Assembly (NCBI GenBank): GCA_902627635.1
Contig: CACOKA010000001.1
Coordinates: forward strand, 34,778-98,777
Direction of reading: 5' to 3'
Source: an uncultured Candidatus Actinomarina sp.
GTDB taxonomy: Bacteria; Actinomycetota; Acidimicrobiia; Actinomarinales; Actinomarinaceae
DNA: 64,000 nucleotides
In this document: positions 36,347-49,791 of the stretch, piece after piece
How the letters are laid out: each line of letters starts with the position of its first letter
Numbering within the stretch: position 1 is the stretch's first letter
Made by a program: the position numbers and the translations under genes
Notes under the pieces: model-generated
What the model was told of the DNA's origin: nothing
Seen by the model: the letters and a program-made list of their open reading frames with translations, nothing else
Database searches by the model: none

Positions 36347-37032
36347 ATGAAAAAACAAGGTAAAAGATATAAAGCAATAAAAAACCAAATTCCTGAGGAA
36401 AAACAAGACATTTCCAATGCTTTAAAAATTTGTAAAGAAACTGCTAGTGCAAAATTTGATGAGTCTATTGATGTTGTCTTTTCTCTAAATTTAGACACAA
36501 AAGATCCAGAACAGAATATTAGAACAACTGTATCACTACCAAATGGAACTGGTAAGGACGTAAGAATTGCTGTTTTTGCAGGTGGAGAGGCTTTAACTGA
36601 AGCAGAGAAAGCCGGTGCAGATATTGTTGGTGGTAAAGATTTAGCAACAAAAGTTTCATCTGAAGAAAAACTCGATGCTGATATTGTGATTTCCACTCCT
36701 GAAATGATGGCTGAGGTAGGACAACTCGGTAAAATCCTAGGACCTCAGGGATTAATGCCAAATCCAAAAACTGGGACAGTTACTCCAAATGTCGCAAAGG
36801 CAGTTGAGGATTTTAAAAAAGGAAAAGTAGAGATTAAAAATGATAAATTAGGAAATATACATTTAAGCGTTGGAAAAGTCTCATTTGAAGAATCAAGTCT
36901 TCTAGAAAATTTAAATGAGGTAATTGCCGAAGTCAATAAAGCAAAGCCAGCCTCCGCAAAGGTGATTATATTAAATCAGTATTTATATCATCGACAATGG
37001 GTCCCTCGATCCCTATTGAGATAAATTCATAA
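36347..37032 (+). CDS. rplA: 50S ribosomal protein L1 (apparent frameshift near 36960)
   Basis: LGPQGLMPNPKTGTV; the conserved C-terminus GDYIKSVFISSTMGPS is in the -1 frame and ends at 37032. Confidence 0.95.
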
Positions 37033-37080
37033 TTCACTTCCACTAATTTGCATTAACATATATACTTTTATAACAATTAA

Positions 37081-37156
37081 AACCAAAGACCGATAGTGGC
37101 TTGCCTTAATTTCTATCGCAGGTAAAAAGATGGTCCTTGGTTGCAAGGATTTTTTT
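37081..37156 (+). promoter_or_regulatory. L10 leader (rplJ-rplL autoregulatory RNA)
   Basis: ccaaAGAC-cgatag...ttaatt-tctatcg-CAGGT stem, then a tccttg-gttg-caagga hairpin with T-run covering the SD. Confidence 0.75.
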
Positions 37157-37702
37157 ATGGTAAGAAAAGATAAAAAAGATAAAGTAAAAGAGCTTGAGGC
37201 CTTATTTCAGGAAGCGAACACTCTAGTACTATCTGAATATAGAGGACTAACTGTCAGTCAACAAACACAATTAAGAAGAAACCTGAAAAAAGCCGGAGCT
37301 ACTTTTAATGTTGTCAAGATGAGTCTTGCAAAGAGAGCTGCGTCTAATGTTGGGTTCGATGATATCTTAGATTATTTTTCAGGACCAACGGCAGTTACTG
37401 TTATTGAGTCAGACCCAGTTGAAGCAGCAAAAGTATTAAAAGAGTTTTCAAGTGACAATGAGTCATTTGTCGTTAAAGGTGGTTTAATGGATCAAAAGCC
37501 ACTATCTATTGATCAGCTTAATGTACTGGCATCAATTGAACCAAAAGAAGTTTTACTTGCAAAAATTGCTGGAGGATTTAATGCTCCATTGACCAAATTT
37601 GCATATGCACTAAAAGGTCTTACAAACAAAACAAGTTTTGCTTTACAGGCACTTATTGAAAAAAAAGAGTCTGGCGAAGAAATTAGTAAAGAGGAGGAAT
37701 AA
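37157..37702 (+). CDS. rplJ: 50S ribosomal protein L10
   Basis: [22 protein letters not shown] at 37157. Confidence 0.96.
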   Translation: MVRKDKKDKVKELEALFQEANTLVLSEYRGLTVSQQTQLRRNLKKAGATFNVVKMSLAKRAASNVGFDDILDYFSGPTAVTVIESDPVEAAKVLKEFSSDNESFVVKGGLMDQKPLSIDQLNVLASIEPKEVLLAKIAGGFNAPLTKFAYALKGLTNKTSFALQALIEKKESGEEISKEEE

Positions 37703-38088
37703 TGGCAAAAATGACAACAGAAGAAATATTAGGCGTTTTTGAAGAAATGTCTGTTCTTGAACTCAAAGAGTTCTTGGATGCTTTTGAAGAAAAATTTGAT
37801 GTCACTGCTGCTGCACCAGTTGCGGTTGCTGCAGCGCCTGCAGGTGGCGGTGAAGCTGCTGGAGGAGACGAAGCAAAAGATTCTTTTGATGTTGTTCTAG
37901 CAGATGCTGGTGGACAAAAAATACAAGTTATCAAGGAAGTTAGAGGATTAACTAGCCTTGGCCTAAAAGAGGCAAAAGAACTTGTTGACGGTGCTCCATC
38001 AGATATTCTCACAGGTGCTTCTAAAGAAGATGCTGAAAAAGCTAAAGAAGCCCTTGAGGGTGCTGGCGCAACTGTAGAACTTAAATAA
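37702..38088 (+). CDS. rplL: 50S ribosomal protein L7/L12
   Basis: [24 protein letters not shown]. Confidence 0.98.
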   Translation: MAKMTTEEILGVFEEMSVLELKEFLDAFEEKFDVTAAAPVAVAAAPAGGGEAAGGDEAKDSFDVVLADAGGQKIQVIKEVRGLTSLGLKEAKELVDGAPSDILTGASKEDAEKAKEALEGAGATVELK

Positions 38089-38169
38089 TTTTAACTTATT
38101 TGTTTACTTAAATATTAAGTACTAATATACTGTATCTTTCGGTAACACATTTAACATTTTTGAGGAGGC

Positions 38170-41100
38170 TTGTTGTCCGCTGTTCAGAATTCTAGGCTTT
38201 CGTTTGCAAAAATTCCCAAAGTTCTAGATATTCCAGATTTATTAATTGTCCAAAAAGATTCGTTTAAATGGTTTATTGAAGAAGGTTTAAAAGAAATTTT
38301 AGATGAAATTTCTCCTATAGAAGATTTTTCTGGGAGATTTTCGCTTGAATTTTTGAATCATTTCTTTGAAGAACCACTAAAAAGTCTTGATGAATGTAAA
38401 ATTACAGATTCTACATATTCACAACCTTTATATGTGACTGCACAATTTTTGGATCGAGAAACTGGTCAAATCAAACAACAAACTGTCTTTCTTGGTGATT
38501 TTCCAATTATGTCAGATACAGGAACATTTATTATAAACGGAACAGAAAGGGTGATTGTAAGTCAACTTGTGAGATCGCCAGGTGTTTATTTTTCCCAGGA
38601 AATAGATAAAACATCAGATAAAGAGATATTTATTGGAAAAATGATACCAGGTAGAGGTGCATGGCTTGAATTTGACACAGATAAAAGAGATACAGTTGGG
38701 GTAAGAGTTGACAGAAAAAGAAGACAACATATAACTGCTTTCTTAAGGGCCTTAGGAGTCATTGAGACAAAAGAAGAAGCTATTGAACTTTTTGGTGACT
38801 ACCCATCAATTCAAAATACAATTGAAAGAGATCCCGACACTACTTCCGAAGCTGCCTTGATTGATCTCTATAGAAAACTAAGACCGGGTGAACCAGCTAC
38901 TGTTGAATCGGCAAGAAATCTTGTAAAGCAAATGTTTTACACTCCAAAAAGGTATGACCTAACAAAAGTTGGCAGGTATAAAGTTGAGCAAAAGCTTGGA
39001 AGAGATTATGGAGAAAAAGATGCTGAAACTTACTCTACTGAAGTAGAAGGTATGTTACAGATCGAAGATATTATTGATACGATTAAATATGTTATTGCTC
39101 TACATGCAGGCGAAGAGTCATTTGAAAACAAACTTGGAAGAACAATTCCTGTAAGGCTTGATGACATTGATCATTTTGGAAATAGAAGAATTAGAACAGT
39201 TGGAGAACTTGTTCAAAATCAAGTTAGAGTTGGCCTAAGTAGATTAGAAAGAGTAGTTAGGGAGAGAATGACTACTCAGGAACCAGAAGCAATCACACCT
39301 CAATCATTAATTAACATAAGACCAATCCAGGCATCTTTAAAAGAATTCTTTGGTACAAGTCAATTAAGTCAGTTCATGGATCAACCAAATCCAATTGCAG
39401 CTTTAACTCACAGAAGAAGGCTCTCAGCTTTGGGTCCAGGTGGGTTATCTAGAGAACGAGCAGGGTTTGAAGTTAGAGATGTTCACCCTTCTCACTACGG
39501 AAGAATGTGTCCTATTGAAACACCTGAAGGACCAAATATTGGGCTTATAGGTACCCTTGCTACATATGGTAGGGTAAACAGATTCGGATTTATCGAAACT
39601 CCTTATTGGAAAGTAGAAAATGGAGTCGTAAAAACTAATAAAGCAGTTTATCTCACTGCTTCTCAAGAAGATGAATATACAATTGCTCAAGCAAATGCTC
39701 CTTTAAATGATGATGGTACCTTTAAAAATAAAAGAGTCTTATCCAGACAAAATAGGGGACAAGTCTCCTTCGTTAGTGATAAAGAGATTGATTACATGGA
39801 TGTGAGTCCAAAACAAATCTGTTCCGTAACTACTGCATTAATACCATTCCTTGAACATGATGATGCAAACAGAGCTTTAATGGGTTCAAACATGCAGAGA
39901 CAAGCTGTGCCATTAGTAACCACAGAGGCACCATATGTTGGCACTGGTATGGAAGAGAATGTAGCACGAGACTCAGGTGAAGCATTAATATCTCCAATTT
40001 CTGGTGAAGTAATGTCAGTAACTGGTGATGAAATAGTTGTTAAAGAACAAGAAACAAATAAAAAACATACTTTTGAAGTTAGAAAATTCAAAAGATCAAA
40101 TCAAGCTACTTCCGTAAATCAAAAACCATTAGTAAAAGCTGGCCTTAAAGTAAAACCAGGTGATGTACTAGCTGATGGCCCTAGCACCCAAGGTGGAGAA
40201 CTTGCATTAGGTAAAAATTTATTAGTTGCATATATGCCATGGGATGGATATAACTTTGAAGACTCGATAGTCATTTCGGAGCGTTTAGTAAAAGAGGATG
40301 TATTAACTTCTGTACATATTGCTGAACATGAAATTGAAGCTAGAGATACAAAATTAGGGGAAGAGGAGATAACTAGAGATATCCCAAACGTAGCAGAAGA
40401 AGTATTGATGGATCTTGATGAAATGGGAATCGTTAGGATTGGCGCAGAGGTTACTCCTGGAGATTATTTGGTTGGAAAAGTTACTCCAAAAGGAGAGACT
40501 GAGTTAACTCCAGAAGAAAGACTCTTAAGAGCAATATTCGGGGAAAAAGCGAGAGAAGTTAGAGACACTTCTTTAAGAGTTCCTCATGGTGAAAGAGGAA
40601 AAGTTATCGATGTACAGATTTTAAGAAGAGATGATGGAGCAGACCTACCACCTGGAGTAAATCAAAAAGTAAGAGTTTACGTAGCTATACAAAGAAAAAT
40701 CCAAGTTGGAGACAAGCTTTCTGGACGTCATGGCAACAAGGGAGTTATTTCAAAAATAAATCCAGTAGAAGATATGCCATTTCTAGAAGATGGCACACCT
40801 GTAGATATATTGTTATCACCTTTAGGCGTTCCAAGCAGAATGAATCTTGGTCAGATTTTAGAAACACATCTTGGTTGGGCAGCAAACGAAGGTTGGCAAG
40901 ATTTTAAAGGGAAGTCTAAAGCATCAGACGGAGCCAAACCAGGAACCTTAGTCTCTACCCCAGTATTTGATGGGGCGGATGAAAATGAAATTCATGAAAT
41001 TTTGAGAAATGTAAACCCAAATAGGGATGGTAAATTACTTGTTGATGAAAATGGAAAAGCTGATTTATATGATGGTCGAACTGGTGAAAAGTTTGACTCA

Positions 41101-41562
41101 AAAATCACAGTTGGATACACATATATATTAAAACTTATTCATTTAGTAGATGAAAAGATTCACGCTCGTTCAACTGGCCCTTATTCAATGATCACCCAAC
41201 AACCACTTGGAGGAAAAGCTCAATTTGGAGGTCAAAGATTTGGAGAAATGGAAGTATGGGCTCTTGAAGCTTATGGTGCAAGTTACGCACTTCAAGAACT
41301 TTTAACAATAAAATCTGACGATACAGTTGGAAGAGTAAAGGTTTATGAATCTATTGTAAAAGGTGATAATATTCCAGAACCAGGAATACCAGAGTCATTT
41401 AAAGTTTTATTAAAAGAAATGCAAAGTTTATGTTTAAATGTTGAAATTCTTTCCGCCGGTGAAGAGATTTCTATGAAAGACATCAGTGACGAATATGTCA
41501 AAACAGCTGAAACATTGGGTATCGACATGACAAGACCCGAGGAAGATGAGGCTGAAGTCTAA
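38170..41562 (+). CDS. rpoB: RNA polymerase beta subunit
   Basis: [33 protein letters not shown]. Confidence 0.99.
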   Translation: MLSAVQNSRLSFAKIPKVLDIPDLLIVQKDSFKWFIEEGLKEILDEISPIEDFSGRFSLEFLNHFFEEPLKSLDECKITDSTYSQPLYVTAQFLDRETGQIKQQTVFLGDFPIMSDTGTFIINGTERVIVSQLVRSPGVYFSQEIDKTSDKEIFIGKMIPGRGAWLEFDTDKRDTVGVRVDRKRRQHITAFLRALGVIETKEEAIELFGDYPSIQNTIERDPDTTSEAALIDLYRKLRPGEPATVESARNLVKQMFYTPKRYDLTKVGRYKVEQKLGRDYGEKDAETYSTEVEGMLQIEDIIDTIKYVIALHAGEESFENKLGRTIPVRLDDIDHFGNRRIRTVGELVQNQVRVGLSRLERVVRERMTTQEPEAITPQSLINIRPIQASLKEFFGTSQLSQFMDQPNPIAALTHRRRLSALGPGGLSRERAGFEVRDVHPSHYGRMCPIETPEGPNIGLIGTLATYGRVNRFGFIETPYWKVENGVVKTNKAVYLTASQEDEYTIAQANAPLNDDGTFKNKRVLSRQNRGQVSFVSDKEIDYMDVSPKQICSVTTALIPFLEHDDANRALMGSNMQRQAVPLVTTEAPYVGTGMEENVARDSGEALISPISGEVMSVTGDEIVVKEQETNKKHTFEVRKFKRSNQATSVNQKPLVKAGLKVKPGDVLADGPSTQGGELALGKNLLVAYMPWDGYNFEDSIVISERLVKEDVLTSVHIAEHEIEARDTKLGEEEITRDIPNVAEEVLMDLDEMGIVRIGAEVTPGDYLVGKVTPKGETELTPEERLLRAIFGEKAREVRDTSLRVPHGERGKVIDVQILRRDDGADLPPGVNQKVRVYVAIQRKIQVGDKLSGRHGNKGVISKINPVEDMPFLEDGTPVDILLSPLGVPSRMNLGQILETHLGWAANEGWQDFKGKSKASDGAKPGTLVSTPVFDGADENEIHEILRNVNPNRDGKLLVDENGKADLYDGRTGEKFDSKITVGYTYILKLIHLVDEKIHARSTGPYSMITQQPLGGKAQFGGQRFGEMEVWALEAYGASYALQELLTIKSDDTVGRVKVYESIVKGDNIPEPGIPESFKVLLKEMQSLCLNVEILSAGEEISMKDISDEYVKTAETLGIDMTRPEEDEAEV

Positions 41563-44500
41563 TGGAGAAAATTTTTGATGAATTAAGTATCAGTCTTGCA
41601 ACATCTGATCAAATGAGAAGTTGGTCTTTTGGAGAGGTTAAAAAACCTGAAACAATAAATTACAGAACTTTAAAACCTGAAAAAGAAGGTCTTTTTGATG
41701 AGAGAATTTTTGGTCCAACTAAAGATTGGGAATGTTCATGTGGAAGATATAAAAGGATTCGATATAGAGGTATTGTCTGTGAAAGATGTGGTGTTGAAGT
41801 TACAAGACGTGAAGTTCGTAGAGAAAGAATGGGTCATATAGAGTTAGCTGCTCCTGTAACTCATATTTGGTACTTCAAAGGTGTTCCAAGCAGATTAGGT
41901 TACTTTCTTGACATGTCACCTAAGGAATTGGAAAAAGTAATTTACTTTGCAGCGTATCTTGTTGTATCTGTCGACGACAAAAAGAGAACAAAAGATTTAT
42001 CTGAAATTGAAGAAGCTGTTGAAGCAGAAGTAGAAATTGTAGAAGAAGAATTCACTGAATGGGAAGTAAAAAGACTTAAGCAAATGAAAGTTGAGATTAA
42101 AGCTATGGAAAATGCAAAAGTTCCTGATGCTGAGATCCAGTTAAGAACTAAAGAGATTGAAAAAGAGATCAAACAAAAGCAAGCAAAATCCGATGCTGAA
42201 ATAAAAGTTATTCAAGAAGCATTTTCGACCTTAAAAACTTTAAAGCCTAAAACCCTAATTGAAAATGATACTCTTTGGCGTGAAATGATTGATAAATATG
42301 ATGAGTATTTTACAGGTGGCATGGGAGCTGAAGCCGTTAGAGAGCTAGTCCAATTAGTAGATCTTAAAGCCGAAATGGAAAAACTTAAAAGTGATCTAGA
42401 TTCAAAATCAGCACAACGTAGACAAAGAGCAATACAGAGAATGAAAGTGATAAAACCTTTCGCTGATGGAAAAAACCCACCTGAAGCAATGATTCTAGAA
42501 GTGATACCAGTTATACCTCCAGAGTTGCGTCCAATGGTTCAACTAGACGGTGGAAGATTCGCTACTTCCGATCTTAATGATTTGTATAGAAGATTAATTA
42601 ATCGTAACAATAGATTAAAAAAATTAATTGAACTCGGTGCTCCTGACATAATTATTAGCAATGAAAAAAGAATGTTGCAAGAATCTGTTGATGCTCTTTT
42701 TGATAACGGAAGAAGAGGTAGAGCAGTTGCAGGGGCAGGTGGACGAGGTCTTAAGTCACTCTCTGATATGTTGAAAGGAAAGCAAGGAAGGTTTAGACAA
42801 AACCTTCTTGGAAAAAGAGTTGATTATTCTGCAAGGTCAGTTATCGTAGTTGGTCCACATTTAGACTTACAACAATGTGGATTGCCAAAAATGATGGCAC
42901 TTGAGTTATTCAAACCATTTGTTATGAAAAGGCTTGTCGAACTCGGTCTTGCTCAAAATATTAAATCTGCAAAAAGAATGGTGGAAAGATCACGTGCTCA
43001 AGTTTGGGATGTCCTTGCAGAAGTAATTGAAGAGCACCCGGTATTACTAAACAGAGCGCCTACTTTACACAGGCTTGGAATTCAAGCATTTGAGCCAATC
43101 CTTGTAGAAGGGAAAGCTATTCAAGTACATCCGTTAGTTTGTGAAGCATTCAATGCTGATTTTGATGGTGACCAAATGGCAGTTCACGTTCCTTTATCAG
43201 CTGAAGCTCAAGCAGAAGCCAGAGTTTTGATGCTTGCTACAAATAACGTTTTATCGCCGGCTTCGGGCAATCCTATAGTATCTCCAAGCCAAGATATGGT
43301 AATAGGTCTTTATTACATTACAGAATGTCATGATGAGCTAAATACTGCAGAGTATGCATTTGCTGATTTAAACGAAGCACAACTAGCTTATGAAGCAGGT
43401 CATATTTCTTTACAAACACCAATTAAAGTAAGGGTTGGAAATTTAGCTGGATCTGAAGACATATATAACAAAATAAAAAATAGATTCTCTGAATTACTTA
43501 CGCCAGAATATGTTTCTGGTGACACATTGACTAATACAACACTAGGAAGAATGCATTTTAACTCTATATTGCCTGATGACTTTCCATATATTGAGGCATC
43601 AGTAAGAAAGCCAGAAATGAAAAAAATTATTTCTGAGGTAATTGAAACCTATAACAAAGCTGAATTGAGACAGTTCTTAGATTCAATGAAAAAAGTTGGT
43701 TTTAATTTTGGTGCAAAAGCTGGTTTGTCTGTTGCAATGACAGATGTGAAAACACCACCAACAAAAAATCAAATACTTGAAAAGTATGAAAATGAAGCAG
43801 AAAAAGTAGAAAAGCTTTATCTTGATGACATTATTACTGAAACTGAGAGAAAACAAAAAATTATTGAAATATGGAATGAAGCTACAGATCAGGTTCAGTA
43901 TGCAATGAGTGCAGAATTAGAATCTGAAAGATTTAATCCTGTTGATATGATGGTTAAATCTGGTGCTAGAGGTAATATGATGCAAGTAAGACAGCTTGCA
44001 GGCATGAGAGGTCTCGTTGCTAATCCAAAAGGTGACATCATTGAAAGGCCAATAAAAAGTAATTTTAGGGAAGGAATGTCTGTCCTTGAGTATTTCATTT
44101 CTACACACGGTGCTAGAAAAGGACTTGCAGATACAGCGTTAAGGACTGCAGACTCTGGTTATTTAACAAGAAGACTAGTTGACGTGGCTGCAGGTATTGT
44201 TGTACAAAATAAAGGTGATGAAAACATTGATTGGCGGGGTACTACAAAATCTACGGTCGATAATGAAGGAAGACCTAGCAAATATTTACACTCAACATTA
44301 TTTGGAAGAGTACTTAGTGAGGATGTTAAAAAGGATAAAAAAACAATAGAGTTTGGAGATGGTAAAAAGTTAACTAAAGGAACTTATATTGATGCAGAAG
44401 CTCTTGATGTAATTGCCAAGTCAGGAGTTGAATCAGTAAATGTACTTACACCTTTCAATTCACTTGATCCTGAATCTATGGATCCGCTATGCTACGGGTT

Positions 44501-45485
44501 CAGCCTTGCAACTGGTAAACCTGTAGAAGAAGGTGAAGCTGTAGGAATAATTTCTGCTCAATCGATTGGAGAGCCTGGAACTCAGCTTACAATGAGAACT
44601 TTTCATACGGGTGGAGTTGTAGGTTTAGACATAACCTCTGGTCTTCCAAGAATTGTAGAGCTTTTTGAAGCCAGGACACCAAAAGGTAAATCTGTTTTAT
44701 CACTCATTAATGGAAAGATTAAATCTATTGATCAAACCGAAGAAGGCAACAGAATCCTTACTATTCAAAATGAGAAAGAAGAGATTGAGTTATTAGTTTT
44801 GAGAAGACAAACTCTTCTCGTTAATCAAGGAGACAGTGTTGAAGCTGGACAAGCTTTAACAACTGGTCCAAAAGATCCAAAAGAAGTCTTACAAATCAAC
44901 GGAGTTCGTACATGCCAAGAATATTTGGTAGACGAAGTACAAAAAACTTATCGTGATCAAGGAGTTGAAGTTCATGATAAACACGTTGAAATGATTGTAA
45001 GACAAATGTTAAGAAGGGTAAGAATTGTTAGACCTAACGATTCAGACTTCTTACCAAACGAATTGATTGATGCAACTTTATTTAGAACCATCAATCAAGG
45101 ACTTGTAAAAGATGGTAAAACACCTGCCGAAGGTAGACCTGAACTGATGGGTATCACAAAAGCTAGCTTAGCGACAGATTCATGGTTATCTGCAGCATCT
45201 TTTCAAGAAACAACAAGGGTATTAACTGAGGCTGCAATGAAAAAGAGTACTGATGCATTGTCAGGATTAAAAGAGAATGTAATTATAGGTACTTTAATTC
45301 CTGCTGGTACTGGTTCAGAAGCTTATCAAAAATTAGCTCCTACCTTACCGGGCGCTCAAGAGGTATCTGAAATAGGATTTGCGACAGCACCATCAGAATC
45401 AGAAGAATCAGATAACGATGGTCTACCAAATCCAGCACAATGGCTAGCTATGTTAGGCGAAGAGGGAGATGAAGATACAGAGTAA
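41562..45485 (+). CDS. rpoC: RNA polymerase beta-prime subunit
   Basis: NADFDGD catalytic motif, N-terminal zinc finger, actinobacterial-type coiled-coil insert. Confidence 0.99.
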   Translation: MEKIFDELSISLATSDQMRSWSFGEVKKPETINYRTLKPEKEGLFDERIFGPTKDWECSCGRYKRIRYRGIVCERCGVEVTRREVRRERMGHIELAAPVTHIWYFKGVPSRLGYFLDMSPKELEKVIYFAAYLVVSVDDKKRTKDLSEIEEAVEAEVEIVEEEFTEWEVKRLKQMKVEIKAMENAKVPDAEIQLRTKEIEKEIKQKQAKSDAEIKVIQEAFSTLKTLKPKTLIENDTLWREMIDKYDEYFTGGMGAEAVRELVQLVDLKAEMEKLKSDLDSKSAQRRQRAIQRMKVIKPFADGKNPPEAMILEVIPVIPPELRPMVQLDGGRFATSDLNDLYRRLINRNNRLKKLIELGAPDIIISNEKRMLQESVDALFDNGRRGRAVAGAGGRGLKSLSDMLKGKQGRFRQNLLGKRVDYSARSVIVVGPHLDLQQCGLPKMMALELFKPFVMKRLVELGLAQNIKSAKRMVERSRAQVWDVLAEVIEEHPVLLNRAPTLHRLGIQAFEPILVEGKAIQVHPLVCEAFNADFDGDQMAVHVPLSAEAQAEARVLMLATNNVLSPASGNPIVSPSQDMVIGLYYITECHDELNTAEYAFADLNEAQLAYEAGHISLQTPIKVRVGNLAGSEDIYNKIKNRFSELLTPEYVSGDTLTNTTLGRMHFNSILPDDFPYIEASVRKPEMKKIISEVIETYNKAELRQFLDSMKKVGFNFGAKAGLSVAMTDVKTPPTKNQILEKYENEAEKVEKLYLDDIITETERKQKIIEIWNEATDQVQYAMSAELESERFNPVDMMVKSGARGNMMQVRQLAGMRGLVANPKGDIIERPIKSNFREGMSVLEYFISTHGARKGLADTALRTADSGYLTRRLVDVAAGIVVQNKGDENIDWRGTTKSTVDNEGRPSKYLHSTLFGRVLSEDVKKDKKTIEFGDGKKLTKGTYIDAEALDVIAKSGVESVNVLTPFNSLDPESMDPLCYGFSLATGKPVEEGEAVGIISAQSIGEPGTQLTMRTFHTGGVVGLDITSGLPRIVELFEARTPKGKSVLSLINGKIKSIDQTEEGNRILTIQNEKEEIELLVLRRQTLLVNQGDSVEAGQALTTGPKDPKEVLQINGVRTCQEYLVDEVQKTYRDQGVEVHDKHVEMIVRQMLRRVRIVRPNDSDFLPNELIDATLFRTINQGLVKDGKTPAEGRPELMGITKASLATDSWLSAASFQETTRVLTEAAMKKSTDALSGLKENVIIGTLIPAGTGSEAYQKLAPTLPGAQEVSEIGFATAPSESEESDNDGLPNPAQWLAMLGEEGDEDTE

Positions 45486-45577
45486 AAACTTATAAAGAAT
45501 TCATTGTTGTAAGTTCAAATCTGTCATATACTTCTTTTTCGGTAATAAAAAATTAACTTTTTTAGATTGGAATTTTT

Positions 45578-45946
45578 ATGCCTACAACACAGCAACTAGT
45601 GAGAAAAGGACGTAAGTCCAAGGTGATGAAAGAGAAAACACCTGGTCTCAAGGGGTCTCCACAAAGGAGGGGCGTTTGCACGCGTGTATATACAGTTACA
45701 CCAAAAAAACCTAACTCAGCTTTAAGAAAAGTTTGCAGAGTGAGACTATCAACTGGTACTGAAGTTACTGCATACATTCCAGGAGAAGGACACAATTTAC
45801 AAGAACATTCAATTGTTTTAGTAAGAGGTGGAAGGGTAAAAGATCTTCCTGGTGTTAGATATAAAGTGATTAGGGGTGCTTTAGATACCGCAGGTGTGAC
45901 TGACAGAAAACAAGCAAGATCTAGATATGGAAGTAAGAGAGGCTAA
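45578..45946 (+). CDS. rpsL: 30S ribosomal protein S12
   Basis: [21 protein letters not shown]. Confidence 0.99.
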   Translation: MPTTQQLVRKGRKSKVMKEKTPGLKGSPQRRGVCTRVYTVTPKKPNSALRKVCRVRLSTGTEVTAYIPGEGHNLQEHSIVLVRGGRVKDLPGVRYKVIRGALDTAGVTDRKQARSRYGSKRG

Positions 45947-45951
45947 TCATC

Positions 45952-46419
45952 ATGAGAAGAGGACCATCACTTAAAAGAAAGCCTGAAGCAGACCCTCTTT
46001 TCAATAGCGTTCTTGTATCACAATTAACAAATCAAGTTTTATTAGATGGAAAAAAAGACGTAGCACGAAGTATTGTATATAAATCATTAGAACTTGTTGA
46101 AAAACAAGCTGGTGGAGATCCATTGAATGTATTAAAAGCTGCATTTGAAAATGTTAAACCTCAAATTGAAACAAAATCCAGAAGAGTCGGTGGTACTAAC
46201 TATCAGGTTCCGATGGAAGTTCCACATAGAAGAAGCACCACACTTGCAATAAGGTGGATTGTTGATGCTGCTCGAAAAAGAGGAGAGAAGTCAATGTCTG
46301 ATAGATTAGGACGTGAACTTTTGGATGCAAGTAATAATACTGGAGCTGCAGTCAAGAAAAAAGAAGATGTACATAAAATGGCTGAATCGAACAGAGCTTT
46401 CGCTCACTACAGGTGGTAA
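45952..46419 (+). CDS. rpsG: 30S ribosomal protein S7
   Basis: [19 protein letters not shown]. Confidence 0.98.
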   Translation: MRRGPSLKRKPEADPLFNSVLVSQLTNQVLLDGKKDVARSIVYKSLELVEKQAGGDPLNVLKAAFENVKPQIETKSRRVGGTNYQVPMEVPHRRSTTLAIRWIVDAARKRGEKSMSDRLGRELLDASNNTGAAVKKKEDVHKMAESNRAFAHYRW

Positions 46420-46423
46420 TAAT

Positions 46424-48514
46424 ATGTCAACTAGAACAGTAGATCTCAAAAACCTAAGAAATATCGGAATTATGGCTCATATAGATGCTGGAAAAACTAC
46501 CTTAACAGAGAGAATTTTGTATTACACAGGTAAAACATACAAGATTGGTGAAGTTCATGATGGAGCAGCTGTTATGGACTGGATGGAACAAGAGCAAGAG
46601 CGTGGAATAACTATTACATCTGCTGCTACTACATGTAGCTGGAATGACCACACAATTAATATTATTGACACTCCCGGTCACGTTGATTTTACAGTTGAGG
46701 TTGAAAGGTCTCTCAGAGTATTAGATGGTGCTGTAGCTGTATTTGATGGTGTTGCAGGAGTCGAACCACAGTCAGAGACAGTTTGGAGACAAGCTGACAA
46801 ATATAATGTACCAAGAATTTGTTTTATCAACAAACTTGATAGAACAGGTGCAAACTTTGATGATGACGTACAGTCAATCATTGAAAGACTTGAAGCAAAA
46901 CCAGCTGTTCTTCAAATTCCTATAGGATCTGAAGCAGATTTTGTTGGAGTAATTGATCTTGTTGAAATGAAAGCACACACCTGGACAAAAGATGATGGAT
47001 CTGAATGGGATATTGCAGATATACCAGAGGATCGACTTGAAGAAGCAAATACAAAACGAGCAGAACTTTTGGATGTCGTAGCTGAAGCAGATGACGAAGT
47101 ACTTGAGAAATATCTTGGAGATGAAGAGCTTTCAGTTGCTGAAATAAAAAAAGCAATTAGAACAGGAACTCTTTCAGGTTTATTTGTACCAGTTCTTGCA
47201 GGTAGTGCTTTTAAAAACAAAGGTGTACAACTTCTACTGGATGCAGTTGTTGATTATCTTCCCTCACCTCTAGATATAGAACCAGTATCAGGATTTACAC
47301 CTGGTAAGGAAGAAGATGAAATTAGCAGAGAGCATTCTGACGAAGAACCATTTTCTGCACTTGCATTTAAAGTTGTAAGTGATCCACATGTAGGAAAGTT
47401 AACTTATTTTAGGGTTTATTCCGGCACCTTAAATAAAGGTGACAAAGTTGTTAATACGACAACAGGCAAGGACGAAAGACTTGGAAGAATATTGAGAATG
47501 CATTCAAACTCAAGAGAGGACATAGATTTTATTTCTACTGGGGATATTGTTGCAGGAGTTGGTCTTAAAAATGCAAAAACAGGAGATACATTATCTGATT
47601 CAGGAAGCCCTATTCAACTAGAATCAATGACGTTCCCTGAACCTGTTATCTCAGTTGCAATCGAACCAAAATCAAAAGCTGATGAAGAAAAGTTATCAGA
47701 GGGTTTACAAAAATTAGCTGAAGAAGATCCTACATTCAAAGTTAATTCTGATGAAGAGACTGGTCAAACAATCATTTCAGGAATGGGAGAATTGCATCTT
47801 GATATTCTTGTAGATCGTCTAAAAAGGGAATTTAAAGTAGAGGCAAATATTGGTAAACCTCAAGTGGCATATAGAGAGGCACTCAAAAAGAAGACCGATA
47901 TTGAGGCGAAATATATTAGACAAAGTGGTGGTCGAGGTCAATATGGACATGTCATTATGGAGCTTGAACCTATTGAAGATGGATATGAATTTGTAGATTT
48001 AATTAAAAGTGGAAGAATTCCAAAAGAGTATATCCCATCAGTTAATGCAGGTGTTGAGGCTGCAATGGAATCAGGTGTTCTAGCTGGATATCCACTTGTG
48101 AATATGAGAGCAACGCTAAAAGATGGAACATATCATGATGTTGACTCTTCAGAAATGGCTTTTAAAATCGCAGGGTCCATGGCGTTAAAAGATGGAGCAA
48201 AAAAAGCTGGAGTAAAACTACTGGAGCCTATTATGACTGTAGAAGTAGTAACCCCTGAAGATTTTATGGGAGATGTTGTCGGAGATCTTTCTTCAAGAAG
48301 AGGAAAGATAGCTGAAATGGGACAAAGAGGATCGGCAAAAGTAGTCAGTGCAAAGGTTCCATTATCAGAAATGTTCGGTTACGCAACAGATTTGCGTTCT
48401 AGAACACAAGGCCGTGCAACATTCACGATGCAGTTTGATAGTTATGAGGACGTCCCAGACGCTATAACAAAAGAGATAACTGCAAGTGTTCGTGGAGTAG
48501 AGGTTGAAGTTTAA
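46424..48514 (+). CDS. fusA: Elongation factor G
   Basis: [20 protein letters not shown] at 46424. Confidence 0.99.
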   Translation: MSTRTVDLKNLRNIGIMAHIDAGKTTLTERILYYTGKTYKIGEVHDGAAVMDWMEQEQERGITITSAATTCSWNDHTINIIDTPGHVDFTVEVERSLRVLDGAVAVFDGVAGVEPQSETVWRQADKYNVPRICFINKLDRTGANFDDDVQSIIERLEAKPAVLQIPIGSEADFVGVIDLVEMKAHTWTKDDGSEWDIADIPEDRLEEANTKRAELLDVVAEADDEVLEKYLGDEELSVAEIKKAIRTGTLSGLFVPVLAGSAFKNKGVQLLLDAVVDYLPSPLDIEPVSGFTPGKEEDEISREHSDEEPFSALAFKVVSDPHVGKLTYFRVYSGTLNKGDKVVNTTTGKDERLGRILRMHSNSREDIDFISTGDIVAGVGLKNAKTGDTLSDSGSPIQLESMTFPEPVISVAIEPKSKADEEKLSEGLQKLAEEDPTFKVNSDEETGQTIISGMGELHLDILVDRLKREFKVEANIGKPQVAYREALKKKTDIEAKYIRQSGGRGQYGHVIMELEPIEDGYEFVDLIKSGRIPKEYIPSVNAGVEAAMESGVLAGYPLVNMRATLKDGTYHDVDSSEMAFKIAGSMALKDGAKKAGVKLLEPIMTVEVVTPEDFMGDVVGDLSSRRGKIAEMGQRGSAKVVSAKVPLSEMFGYATDLRSRTQGRATFTMQFDSYEDVPDAITKEITASVRGVEVEV

Positions 48515-48537
48515 ACTTTGTTTCAGAGTTTAAACTT
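48507..48537 (+). other. 14-bp stem-loop between fusA and tuf
   Basis: aagtttaaactttg-ttt-cagagtttaaactt just upstream of the tuf SD. Confidence 0.6.
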
Positions 48538-48554
48538 TTAGAAAAGGAGAAAAT

Positions 48555-49739
48555 ATGTCAAAAGAGAAATTTGACCGAAGCAAGCCTCATGTGAACATTG
48601 GTACAATGGGCCACATTGACCATGGAAAAACAACATTGACGGCCGCAATAACAAAAGTTTTGGCTGATGCTGGTGCGGGTGAGGCAACTGCTTTCGATGA
48701 AATTGATAAAGCACCAGAAGAAAAAGAAAGGGGAATCACTATTCAGATAGCACACGTTGAGTACGAGACAGAAAACCGTCATTATGCTCACGTTGATATG
48801 CCTGGTCACGCGGATTATGTTAAAAACATGATTACTGGTGCTGCTCAGGTAGATGGAGCTATTCTTGTAGTTTCAGCAGCTGATGGACCTATGCCGCAGA
48901 CAAGAGAGCACGTTCTACTTGCGCGACAAGTTGGTGTACCAGCAATTGCTGTTTTCCTCAACAAAGTTGATCAAGTAGACGACGATGAATTATTAGACCT
49001 TGTTGAAATGGAAGTTAGAGAACTTTTAAATGAGTATGATTTCCCAGGAGATGATGTTCCAGTCGTGAAAGGTTCTGCGTTAGCAGCTCTTGAAGGAAAA
49101 GAAGATGGTGTAAATGCTGTTCTTCAATTAATGGAACAGGTTGATTCATATATAGAAGAACCTGTGAGAGTAGTGGACAAGCCTTTCTTAATGCCAGTTG
49201 AAGACGTCTTTTCAATTACTGGTAGAGGAACAGTTGTTACTGGAAGAATTGAACAAGGTATTGTAAATGTAAACGATGAAGTAGAAATTGTTGGTATTCG
49301 TGAAACTACCAAATCAGTTTGTACTGGTGTTGAAATGTTCAGGAAACTCCTTGATGAGGGTAGAGCTGGAGACAACGTTGGTTTACTTTTAAGAGGTATT
49401 GATAAAGATGATGTGGAAAGAGGGCAGGTTATTGCTGTTCCTGGATCCATAACACCTCATACAAAATTTGAGGCTGAGGTATATGTTCTTACAAAAGAGG
49501 AAGGTGGAAGACACAATCCATTTTTTAAAGGATATAGGCCACAGTTCTATTTCAGAACCACTGATGTTACGGGAGAAGTTTCTCTAGCTGATGGTACTGA
49601 AATGGTCATGCCTGGTGATAATGTTCCAATTTCTGTAGAACTTATATCTCCAATTGCAATGGAAGAGGGCGTTAAATTTGCGATTAGAGAAGGTGGAAGA
49701 ACTGTTGGAGCAGGACAGGTGACAAAAGTTATAGAGTAA
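48555..49739 (+). CDS. tuf: Elongation factor Tu
   Basis: [24 protein letters not shown]. Confidence 0.99.
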   Translation: MSKEKFDRSKPHVNIGTMGHIDHGKTTLTAAITKVLADAGAGEATAFDEIDKAPEEKERGITIQIAHVEYETENRHYAHVDMPGHADYVKNMITGAAQVDGAILVVSAADGPMPQTREHVLLARQVGVPAIAVFLNKVDQVDDDELLDLVEMEVRELLNEYDFPGDDVPVVKGSALAALEGKEDGVNAVLQLMEQVDSYIEEPVRVVDKPFLMPVEDVFSITGRGTVVTGRIEQGIVNVNDEVEIVGIRETTKSVCTGVEMFRKLLDEGRAGDNVGLLLRGIDKDDVERGQVIAVPGSITPHTKFEAEVYVLTKEEGGRHNPFFKGYRPQFYFRTTDVTGEVSLADGTEMVMPGDNVPISVELISPIAMEEGVKFAIREGGRTVGAGQVTKVIE

Positions 49740-49748
49740 ATAAAACTT

Positions 49749-49782
49749 AACCGGGAGTAGAATTCTACTCCCGGTTTTTTTT
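49749..49782 (+). terminator. Intrinsic terminator after tuf
   Basis: Perfect 28-bp palindrome aaccgggagtagaattctactcccggtt running into T8. Confidence 0.92.
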
Positions 49783-49791
49783 GGGGAAAAA

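Noticed and set aside
39340..39450. Possible rifampicin-resistance changes in the RpoB cluster I region (DQPNP)
   Set aside because: The key Gln, Asp, His and Ser positions appear canonical; there is no basis for a resistance claim.
388..46423. Longest-ORF starts at 388, 7561, 13098, 15812, 22698, 37130 and 46313
   Set aside because: They overlap upstream genes or regulatory elements; downstream starts fit SD signals, translational coupling and family N-termini better.
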